The notes under the pieces are model-generated. The model did not search any database. It was not told where the DNA came from and saw only the letters and a list, made by a program, of their open reading frames with translations. From Candidatus Omnitrophota bacterium (GTDB lineage: Bacteria; Omnitrophota; Gorgyraeia; Zapsychrales; Fredricksoniimonadaceae), in contig JBGAJA010000002.1 in NCBI GenBank assembly GCA_044225175.1, positions 280,991-344,990 on the forward strand: a DNA stretch of 64,000 nucleotides, read 5' to 3'. The translations under genes and the position numbers were made by a program. Shown here one piece after another: positions 15,001 through 27,000 of this stretch (positions are counted from its first letter, which is position 1; the number at the start of each line of letters is the position of its first letter).

Positions 15001-18000
15001 CGAAGGCCCTTATGCTTTCGGATCCAGCCCCCATTAGCCAAAGCAGAATCCTCTGGCAATTTAACTACGCCTTTTGGAGAAATCTAAAAGGTCATTTGGA
15101 TGCCACAGGTCAAGACTTCGATGCATCCATTGCAGGCTCTCCGGATTCTAACGATCAATATGTCGAATATTTAGCCAAAAGATTTTTAATCAAGCTCATT
15201 GCTGCCATTAAACAGGAGCCTTCCCAAAGATATTTCTTTCTTGAGATAGGAAGCGCAGGGGCGAAATTCGTTCAACTGTTCTTAACTAAGCTCATGGCAT
15301 ATGTTCCTCAATATGGATTGTCATTGAAGGACATTCAAGAGCATTTCACCTACATCCTGGCTGATTATTCTCCTCAAATCATCAAGAAGACCCAACAGGA
15401 AATAGGTCTTCAATTTAAGGGTGTGGCTATTGAATATGAACTTTTAAGCACCACAAATACAATCCCTCAGCTTAAGAGTAAGTATGGCCAGAGGGTGCTA
15501 TGTGCCCATTCAACCAATGTCTATGACAATCTCTACGGAGACAAGGTAGGGAAGCTGAATGGACGAAATTACATGGTTGAGGTTATGGTCACTCTTCCTG
15601 AAGAAGGAATGGTCCGCATTGTTAAGGAGTTTAATCTGGATAAAGATGCCTTTCAACGAGACCTGAGGGAATATTTATTAGTTAGAAAGAATGTAGATGA
15701 GTTTCTTTTGGTCTATCAAATGCTGTTTATCCAAAGAGAACAACCATTACAGTTCTGTTTATTCTGGCAGGCCTTATGGAGAGAAATCAAATTGCCCGCT
15801 CGTCTGGTCATGATGGATGACTTAAGAAACGATATGACAATCAATACCATTCCTGAATCAGGACGAATCATTCATGAGGCTCTTTCCAAGTACAAAGGTA
15901 ATATCGAAATTTTTGTTCCAAGCCAAGCCATTGAAAGTGGATTAAATGTCTTGGATCTCCTGCACCCGGAAGGTATTTTTGAAGTCACAGACATTGCTGT
16001 CACAAGAATTGAAGAGTATGCCTTAGATCCTCGTAAAGCTGTTCCTCTGTTCTTTGATGGTTCGATTGTCTTTTGGTTTAATGCGGCTTTGTTCGCAGAG
16101 TTTGCCAAAAGCCATTACCAGAATTTTTCAATGGATGTACAAAGCCTTAAAGCCTTTGATAAAAACAAGGCTCATATGTCCTTAACGACCATGACCGTTA
16201 ACTGCCCACCTATCGCCATTAGCCTTGTTGGATTCATTGCAAGTATTGCTTTCGGTATAACAAACTTTGAAAATTTTTCTTATGGCTTCATAGGTATTGT
16301 TGTAATCATGGGATGTCTGGGGGCATTATTTTCTGGATCTGAAAAGATTAAAACTAATCCAAACAAAATAGATCTAGAAGTTGAACAAACAACAATGATA
16401 GATACAAAAGGAAATATAGTTAAGACAAGTAAACGTCTCAAAGCTCAAGAATTAAGAGCTCTACCTATTGGGTATCGGGTTACTGTTATTAAGAAATTGG
16501 ATGGTTTTAAAGCAGGTTTTAACTTTGCAGGAGTGAATCCATGGTTTTATTTGGGTAATTGCAGGGGCTTCACAATTAAAGTCGAATTTGAAATTAGAAC
16601 ACAGGGACCTGTCATTGTTGATGTAAAACCGATTAAGGATGCTAAAGGCCATATCATCCAAGAGCAAGATCAACTTATTAATGGTTCTTCTATTGAATAT
16701 GACGCCAAAGGAAATCTTGTCGAGTTTAGGGCCAATATGTCTGTCAGCGAATTCAAAAGGATCCCTAAAGATCATCGTGTAGTTGTTGTTAAGAAATTGT
16801 GCCGTTTATCAGGAGAATTTAATTTTGTTCGAATGAACCCCCGTTTCATAATGGGGAAGTATAAGAATCACATGGTTAGAGTCCACTTTGAAATCAGGAA
16901 AGACAAGGCCTTCATTGTGAATGTCGAGCTTATTAGAGATGCGCAAGGGAACGTTATAAAACACCAGATCATTAATGGCTCATCTATTGAATATGATGCC
17001 AAAGGAAAACTCGTCCAATTCAGGGTCAATATGTCCTTAAAAGATTTTAAAAAGATTCCTCAGGGGCACAGAGTAATTGCATTTAAAAAATTAGAAAAGA
17101 CAGATGGGAGATTTATTTTTGCTCGAACAATATGGTTTTACTTGATTAAGTACAAACAATACACCGCTAAAGTAGAGTTTTTTACTCATGCAAAAGGAAA
17201 TCAAACGATACAAAATGTTGTCTTGATTAGAAATACAGATGGGGAAGTCATTCCTGAGATTATTCCTCTCAAGTTTCAATCAAAATATAGGCCTATGATA
17301 AGAGAAGCCAACTGGTCAGTAGGGCGAAAAGGACGAGCGCATAAAACAACCGTTATGGGAACCCAAAGAGAACAAGACGGGTATCAAACTGTTTCAGAAA
17401 GAGAAATGATTGGGGTCATAGAGACCCATATCAAGACACATTTTAGAAATATGAATGTACCCAGAGTAATGAGATTTTTAAGAGAATTATCAGAAGTCCC
17501 GATACAAGATCGCAGCGAATTTATTAAAAGAAAAGCGCAGGCTGCCCACATAACAATAAAGAATTTTGAGAAAGTTTTAAGAGAATTAAGGAAACATCTG
17601 TCCGGTCTTATTACTGGCTTTGATCCCCCACCTGCAACCAAAGCTAAACGAAGAGGACATGTCACATTTGAGTTGTTGAGTGTGCTTACTGGGGCGCTAC
17701 TTTCTGTTTTATATCTATCCGTGCCATTGTCGAGAACTACATATGTTTTTAATGTATTTTCTGCTCCGTCATTATTTACTTTGGTTCTGGGGTTATTTTT
17801 TATAAGGCTGATCTTTCCACAGAGACAAGATTATAGTGAAACAATTGAAGAAAAGGTGACAGTTTTAAATGGGGCGGGGGATATTATTAAGATAATGAAA
17901 GTCATAAGAAACAAAGAATTGCAAGCTCTGCCAGAAGGTTATTGCATAGTTGTTATTAAGAAATTATCCAAGGGACTAGGATGCTTTAGCCTTGCACAAA

Positions 18001-21000
18001 GCAATTTGTTTTATTTAAGTAATTATGAAAGATTTACTGTTGAGGTAAAAATCGAGAAAAAGGGCCAGGAGTTAGTCCTCATGGATGTAAAGCTTCTCAA
18101 AGATGATCAAGGAAATAATATCCAAAAAGCAGAACAATTTATTGAAGGATCATTAATAGAGTACAACAAAGACGGCCAGGTTGTCCGATTTTGGCCGATG
18201 ATGAGATTAAAAGAATTTCAGAAAATAACCCCCGGACACCAGATGGTTGTACACAGACAGCTAGATGCTCTTGGAGGCTTTACTTTTGCCAAACCTCAAC
18301 GATGGTTCTTTCTTGCTGAAGTGGCAGGATACATAGTGAAGGTAAGATTTGTAATGAGAGAACATGGTGCGGTGATCATTGATGTTAAAGTCATTAAAGA
18401 TGCAGAAGGAAATCTTTTAGAAGACAAAGACACTATCCTTGATGGTACAGCAGTTGAATATGATGAACTTAGTCAAATTGTTCAATTCTGGCCGAATATG
18501 GACTCCACTGAATTTAAAAGTATATCCAATGGCCATCGATTAATTGTTGTTAAGAAATTAGACAGCTCAGATGGTGGCTTTAGTTTCGCAGGCGTTAACT
18601 CTTGGTTTTATTTAATCGGTTATGAAGGATACACCGTACAAGTAGAGTTCAAGATTGCCCAAGAGGGTGCTTTAATTATTAATGTCATACCTATTAGAAA
18701 TGCTGGGGGAGAATTTGTAGAAGCGAAAGACCGGCTTATTAAAGGAGGAGTATTTGAATATGATGAACAAGGGGAGCTTATTAAGTTTTGGAACTCTATG
18801 ACTAATAAGCATTTCAAGAATATTCCTAAAGGTCACCGTCTCTTTGTCACTAAGAATATTAGCAAATCTAACGGGCAATTTAGATTTGCACATGTGATAT
18901 GGTTCACATCGACAAAACATAGAAATTATACTGCGAAGGTATGTTTTTATATTGATCAAAATGGAAATTGTCGTATAGAAAGTGTAAATTTGATACGAGA
19001 TGGCAAAGGAAATGTTATTGATGAACAAGCCTTTCCCGTAGCGACAGGTTTAATATACCAGCATTTCTCTATAGAGGAACAATGGACAGAAGACCACAAA
19101 GGACGCAAGCACAAGACTCGCATAGCAGGTTCGCCTCGGGAAGAGAACTCATATTGCATTATTGCCGGAAGGGAGACTACTGGCATTATAGAAGATTATA
19201 TACGACAGCATGTTGATACTATCCGTATCAAAGTCTTTATGAATTTTTTAAGGGAATTAGGAGAACTTTCATTAAAGGAACGGCGTATTGCGATACAAAG
19301 AAGAACGCGTGATTGGGGAATCACTGTGGAAGCATTTAATTTAGTCTTAAAAGGGCTGAGAAAACATTTATTAGACATAATGAGTTTAGCAGTTGTAATA
19401 ATAAATTCTAAACATCTTTTTTCCCTACATTTATCCTCTGGATCAAGTGTTCATATCAATCATACAATAGTCGATGCTTTAGGCCTTAAAATCCATGCTG
19501 GCCTAGTAAACTTTTCTTGTAGCCTATTTGCAACCGTCGATGTGATGATGTCATCTTTATTGGGCTTCATGAGTCCCATCCGTGCTGGACCAACGATCTT
19601 GGGGTCTTTTGTCGGAGTAGACACGATAGGCCTAAGCGTAGGGATAGGCCTTGTTGCTCTTATAGTTTGCTTGATTTGCGTAATTCATACTGGAAGGGTT
19701 GTTACAAAACGTTTTAAGATCACCTCAATGATTGTAAGTACACTTTTCCTTGCGGTTATTAATTTTTGGTTTATTGCACCAGCTATTTCAAAAGATTCCT
19801 CAATTGTTCTCCAACTTTTCATCAATTCTATTTTCTTTATGATTTTTAGAGCCAATACAGATTTCTTTATGCAAAGCTTATCTCAGCGCGGATTTATCTT
19901 AAAACAAACTTTATTTGTCCTGCCTGCTGGTTTTGTGATGGGAATACTATCAGGAATAAGTTTGTTGTTTTTTAATACAGCCTTAACGCTTCATGAATCC
20001 GTTGGTTGGCTCAATGTACTATTGGGGCTGGGTTGGATGACAGGGTTTGTATTTCTAACTTATTTTGGGGTGGCAGTTCTTCCTCTCCTTCTAGGTAAGG
20101 AATTTAAATGGAAAGATTTAATTCAGTTTAAAGATATGAAAGCAGGAGCGCCGATAGTTGCTACAGGAACAGCAATATTCTCAATTATTTTCACAGGGTT
20201 TGTGTTTATCACTAAGAAGGTGGATAACCCGATCGCCTATGGCATCATCAATGCATTACATATCATCGGATTATTATCAATTTTTCGTTGGCGTTCAATG
20301 ATCTATCGAACTGTGGTCAAATGGGTTCAAGACGGACATAGCAAGGACCCACCGGAGATTATCTGGCAAACAAAAGGATCATTAATTGTACGTGCTGCAT
20401 TACTCACCTTTCCTGTACTTGAACATTATGCCGCAGAAATTGACAGCTTTATCAACAATATTAAAATCGGAACAATCGTAAGATATTTGAGGAATTTGAA
20501 GAAAAAAGCAGGCTCTTTATCAGCTGAAGAAGAGAATAGGTTTAAGAAATTTCTATCCACGTATGGCCAAAGTAATACAACTCTTCAGACTCCCTTGGCA
20601 GATTCCCTTCTTAGGACGCAAATCAGACGAGTGATTTATATAGAATACAAAGATAAATTAGGAAATAAAACCATCCAGAGCTCAGTAATGCTACATGCTA
20701 TAAGAAGAAGTTTTCCTCATTTAAAAGAGATTGTTGTTATCACAGAATATCCAGGACTTTATGATGGACAAGAGCGTTTAAAAACTATCGAAGTTGATTT
20801 GGTATTTTTGAATCATCAAACAAAATTGGCACAAGAGTTAGCCCAATTAGCAAAAAATGCATCTCAAAATGATCTTTTTATTTCTGATTCAGAAGGGTAT
20901 CTTCAATACCTTCATCCAAGAATTACCCGATCATTCTTCTGCCAAGCAGATAATTTCTGGGATCCTCGCTCAGAAATTTTCTCAAAGATCAGAGGGGCTG

Positions 21001-24000
21001 ATAAAAAGCAAAATGTCATTGATAACCAGGCAAGGCTTAGAGCACTCGGTCTTGAATTTGAAGAAAGGTTTGATTATTTCTATCAAGATTCCCGGAAATT
21101 AAAGGGAAAAGGCCAAGTTATCCTTACTCGAGCAAAGGGACAGTGGCGCTATAAGTTCAGTAAACCAGTCCTTATCATTAACCCCCACGCTGTTTTTTAT
21201 GGAATCCAAAATTGGCAACCACGATGGGCTGCTTTAATTAAACGCCTTGTTCAGTCTAATGATTATGAGATTTTTCTGACTAGCGGTACTCCGGATAATG
21301 CATGGGATCAAAGAAGGTTAGAAGAGATTAAAACCCTTTTAGCTCGGGCCGATATTAATAATAGAACATATCATATACTTCCACCCATGACCGTAGGTCC
21401 TTTAAAAGCTGTGCTTAGTGCGGCAGATGCAGTTATAACTGTTCAAACCGGAGTTGCGCATTTAGCTGAGGCCCTTGGCAAACCTGTTATTGTTTGGACA
21501 GATAGTCCCAATGGAGTAGGGTTTTTGCATGAGGAAACAGCGCTTTTAAGATTAGTTTTAGACGTAGACAGAAATGAAAAACAACCATTTCGATTTAAAA
21601 GCATTGAAGAAATAGTTGAAGAAACCTTAAGGAAATGTTTAGAGCTTACAGATAGTCCTCCTTCATCAGTTAAGATTTTAAAATCTTTAGCATGGCCTTC
21701 AATGTTGTTTGCAGGAGCTTCAGGTTTTACTGCCGTAGTTCTTAAAGCGGAAGGAATAAACTTCTTATTCAATGCAGGCTTTGCGATGATGTCATCTTTA
21801 TTGGGCTTCATGAGTCCTATCCGCGCTGGACCTGTATCTAACTCCAATCCATTTACTAATCCTTATTGCCAATTACTTTTAGTGAGTCTATTTTTGATTG
21901 CAGTATTAAGGGCTGGCATTCCTTGTCAAAATCTAATCAAATTCCTTCTTAGTGCATTTTTCCGTAAAAGAATCACAGGCCTTTCATGGATAAAGATTGG
22001 CCAGTTTAAAAAGGCTATTCATTTAGGCAAAGCTGTTGAATATTTGAAAGAACAGGCGTTGTATGAAGAAGTGAAGCGAACAACCAAGAAAGGTCAAAGG
22101 ACCTCAGCACGATGGTTTGCTTTAAAAGCCTTTCCATTTGCTATTTTTAATAAAGATGGTGAACCGCAGCTAAAACTCATGGGCTTATCAGATTATGTGA
22201 AATTATACAATTTGGCCTGGAGCATGGATTATGTATATCGTTTACGAGGTTTGGTGGAAACGGTTGATGCCCGAATACGATATGATTTAGGAGAATATGG
22301 CTTTACAGACAGAGTTTTAGACAGGGAGGATTATACTTGTAAGTCGATAACTTTGCAGCCTCTTCAGGATGGCACACAAGATTATGAAGAGCAAATCATC
22401 CGACTAAGATGTTTCATTTCATCTATTCAAGACTTTGTAAGATCAAAGATTCAAAATTTCGACCATATAACTAACATGGATCATATTTTGATGCAATTAG
22501 GTCAGAATATAATTCAGCATAGCCGAATTGGCATACTGAATGTCTCTGCTGCCTTTGTTGATGGACAGATCACAATGGACATTACGCAATGTGATGTAGG
22601 GCGTGGGATTGATTTAAAAGAGGAATCACAACTTAGATCACAGAATATCCATCAACTAGCTTCAGATATTTTCAATCGATACTTTAATACAAGAATCACA
22701 TTATTCTCGCAAGGACAAAAGTTTAAGATAACGGGGATAGATGCATTGGGAAATTTAGAAGGCCCAATAGAATCTTTCTCTGAGGCTAAAAAGGGAATGA
22801 AAGCTGAAATATCATTTGTGGTATTAAAAGGGGGACGAAGACAAGCACGAGCTCATCCTACAGCCCCTATCATTCATAGACCTCCTTCAGGCCGAAGGCC
22901 AGTCAGGTCTCAAACAGCACTCTCCAACGTAACTGGGCTTATAATCATTGGTATTCTAGGATTAACCGCAACTTATGCCCGTGCTGGGCCAGTCAATGTA
23001 CCAAAATTATCACACCAGTTCCCCTTAAATCTAGCCGTTGGACCAAATGTCTGGCCAATAGTTATTGGGTTGATCTTCGTCGTTATTTTTGCAGTTTTAA
23101 TAATCGTATTTTTGAATCGTCGTAAGGAAATAAAGCATTTATCTGGTCTTCAAGAAAAACTTAGTCCAGGACGAGTTGATAGGGGCTGGGCATATATGAA
23201 TCTTGAAGTACAAACATTCATTCAAGAGACGATGGCTAAAGCGTCAGTTCAAATGGGAAAACCAAAGATTTTGATTATTGGGGTCGGAGGAGGCAGGATC
23301 TTGTATGACATGATGTATCTTTTTCCTGGAGCGGAGTTTTCTTTTATTAATAAACACCCTATTCGTATTTCAAAGGAGGAATTTGGGGAGCCATTTAAAG
23401 GAGCAACAAGTATTAGAGAATTCTTAAAGTATTTTGCGAGGAATGAAACAGTTCATGACGTAGATCAAGGACTTCCATATTCTAGCAATTCTTTTGATTT
23501 GGTTTTAGTGGCCCAGCATACGTCAATGTATTTTAAAGACAAATTAAAAGTCCTTTCAGAGATAAAAAGAGTACTAAAAAAAGATGCTGTAGGAATGGTT
23601 TGGGGATGGCTGAATTCCTCTAAATTTAAAGATGAACAAGGCAGTGATCTTTTAGAGAAAGATGTCATCGAGAGCTTTAATAGCCAAGGCGACCGATATT
23701 ATATTTTAAGCTATTTTTATTTTATCATGGTTAATCTAAGACCAAAAAATAGTTTTCCAGCTTTAGAACTTATTGCCCAAGGTCGTTACCAAGAATGGCC
23801 CGGCATGGCTTTCAGATATTATGACACCTATCAAACTAACAGTAAGCCGCAGCCAAGTCAGACGATAGCCATCGATGAGAAAGGTGTTGTTTTAGTCCAT
23901 GTTCTAGGAAGTCTTCCTAAAGAAGGGACGCTTTATCCTAATAGTTATTTTGACCCGTTATTTTATGCAAGAAAAACTCCTCTGCCTTTTCTTTTTAGAT

Positions 24001-27000
24001 GCCCTAGAGAGATTGTAGAATTCTCCTGGAACGATGCTCTTAAATTCTTTCACTCTGATGATTCAATGGCGGTCCTGATTCCTTTAAGTGCTTACAAAGG
24101 CAAAGATCTTATTAATTTATGGTATACCGCCACATCTCATTTTGGTCCTTTTGAAATCCCTGCTGGGTCGAGCTTGGTTCTACCCATGAAACACAAGGGG
24201 AATCCAAACTTAGAAGCGATTAGAGAAAAAGGCATTAAGATCGTGTTTTTTGAGGAGAGTATGACATTTACTCGACAAACATCTCTCGACCTGCATGTTC
24301 AAAACAATGGAATTTATGATGCAATCACTCAAGAGATTCAGCAAATGGGATATAAGTCATATGAACTTTTGACACGTTCCGTTACGGGGGGTCTAGGATA
24401 TGACACGACATTTCTAGATGCGTCATCTGGCATTGATTATCTTGATGAAAATACTCAAGAAGCAACAACAAAGATCAAAGAACAAATGGCCCAAACATTA
24501 GGCATTCCTTCATCTAAAAGTACGCTGGAGTATCCCGTAGGCCTAATCACTTTTATGATGGAAAAGATGCACAGAGATTTTACGGATGCTGGTTACTTAG
24601 GTACTGTTAAAATTCAATATAAAGAGTTTCTAAATTTAGCCCGTCAAGCCTATCAATCGCTTTCCCCCGAACAACAATCAAGCCCAACAGGACAAAGATT
24701 TTTACAATACCTAAGTTTTTATTCCTTGCTATTAAGAATCAATGACCAGCTTAAGAAGAACCCTCTGATGCCAATTGAGCCAATGTATGATTACAGTAGC
24801 CCCAAAAGACGTACTTCAAAAGAGATTCAAAGATCTAAAAAAAGGTTTATTTCTTTCGTCAATAAAACATATAGGCTTCATTTTAAAGCAGATCATCTCA
24901 AAACATTGGAGGATTATGCCCAGATTTTTGAATCCATCTTGGCAAAAGATGAGTCGATAAAACTAGCCATTTCGGGTGAACGAGAGTCAGTTGCGAATCC
25001 TCTGGCAGAAAAGGATTTAAAATCACGGCAAATTTCCTGGTTATGGACTATAGGCCTTATAAGCGCTGCATCTATCTTTGGGCTTCAATTGTTCATAGGT
25101 TCATCGATCAAGGATAATACGACAATCCTAGCGATCATTTATATGGTTTTGATTGCCCCCATACTCGAAGAAGTCGTTTTTCGAATTATTTTATTTCAAC
25201 GATTATTCCGTCCTTATTTTGGAGTGATTGTCTCAACGGTGATTTCTTCCCTGCTTTTTGCTTTGGTTCATCTTATTGTGGAGAGATTAAATGTTCTAGA
25301 TTTCATAACTTTTTTTGCTTTTGGAACTGTGTATGCTTTGGCTTATGAGAAAACAAAGAAGTTCTGGGTCCCCATAATGGCCCATGTCATCAATGACGGT
25401 CTTATTAATCTTTGTATTTTTTACGGTATCCTCGACGGAACCGCAGGGGGTATAAGCTTTGTAGCATTTAGAGGGTTGATCCTTGTTATCTTTGTGAGTT
25501 GGCTTATGGCAGGTCGGGGAAATTTTTCTAAGTTGTTTGATAAAACAAGTAAGGTTGATTCCAAACTACTTAGATGGTACGAACAATGGGATGACAGTGT
25601 TAAAAGAAAAATTCGTCTATTTAGAAAAAAGGTGAATATCGAAGATGTCATCCAAGAGAGATGGTTAGGTAAACTGGAAAGCTGGCAAAAGAAAGAAATT
25701 CTGGCTAGCTTAAAACAAGAGCGCAAAGTCCTTTCAAAGATTTTAGGTTTTATGGCCGTTGCGAGTGCCATTGTAATTCTTCTTTTTGTTTTGAGTAAGG
25801 TGGCTATTTCTTTCGATTTACCCCCAATGCCGCTAACACCAGTATTTATTCTAGTACTTTATTTGACTCTTATTACTCATGAATTGGGCCATTGGTTGGC
25901 AGGACGTTGGATCCAATACCATGTTAAACCTTCTCCTTATAAGAAAATATCCATTCATTTAATTCCAAATCCACCATATGTTGCTTATGTAGATTTCCTG
26001 CCTAAAACAGAGTTTAGTCCTACACCAGCACAGCATATATTAACTTTTCAGGGTGGACCTTTTGCAAATTTGATTCTGGCAATGTTGTGTTCTCCTGCTT
26101 TAGCTTATTTGGTTTATCACGGATCACTATTCTCACAACTCACGATAGGTTTATTGCTGGCATCAAACCTCGTATTTTTTTCCATGTATTTAATAAAGTA
26201 TCCGTCAATCAGCGATGGGGCTATTGTAAAACAGACCCGAGGGATTTTAAAAATAGTTAATTCAATGATGATGTTATATGAAAATATAGGTCCGCTGGAA
26301 TCCATAGAAGACAATGATGACAATCAATTCTATTTAAAAATGGGAGGAAGTATCTATGCCCTTGTAAAAGAAGATGGCAAACAGAGCCATGCTGACCCAT
26401 CCATAGAGTTGATCTATTGGGCTAATAGTCTTGGCATACAAGAACCAATAGCTGTTCCATTTAGGATTCATGGTGAATTAATCAAGACAAAGACCCAAGA
26501 ACCTTGTTTTGTATATCAGGGAAAGAGATATTTTCTATATAAAATTTCCAACTTCCCTCAAGAATTATTGATCCCTGAGGACGATAGCCTTTCAGAAACA
26601 CGAAATCCTCTTGATCAGAGATCGCTGAATACTTATAAATTAGCGAATGTCTTTAAAGATCTTTTCATCAAGTTATGGAGAAAATTCTTAAGAAAGAAAC
26701 GATCAGTCGAGTATCCCTTGGATGAAGCCGTGTCCAGAGAGCATCCGGTCATTTGTTTTGTATTGAATTTCTTGCGTGAGAAAGATCGAGACGAAATGAT
26801 TATGTCGTTAGAAAGCAGGCTGACCCAAAGGCAGGTTTTTCTTAAAGAAAACATCGTAACAGCCGATGAGTTTATATCCCAAGCAACAGTCGTCATTGAA
26901 TCGGTATTTGAACTAGAGCAACTGATCGGACATAGGCATGAGAATTTAATAGGGCTACTAAAACGGGCCTACGAAGACTTGAAAAAGGGGCAAAAGATCA

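Noticed and set aside
19544-21832. Diversity-generating retroelement template/variable repeat pair
   Set aside because: The mismatches are C/T synonymous rather than adenine-specific, the repeat is short, and no reverse transcriptase is present.
26280-26560. Possible kinase/phosphotransferase N-lobe fragment after the M50 module
   Set aside because: Only a vague resemblance; no HxD or DFG-like catalytic motifs follow.
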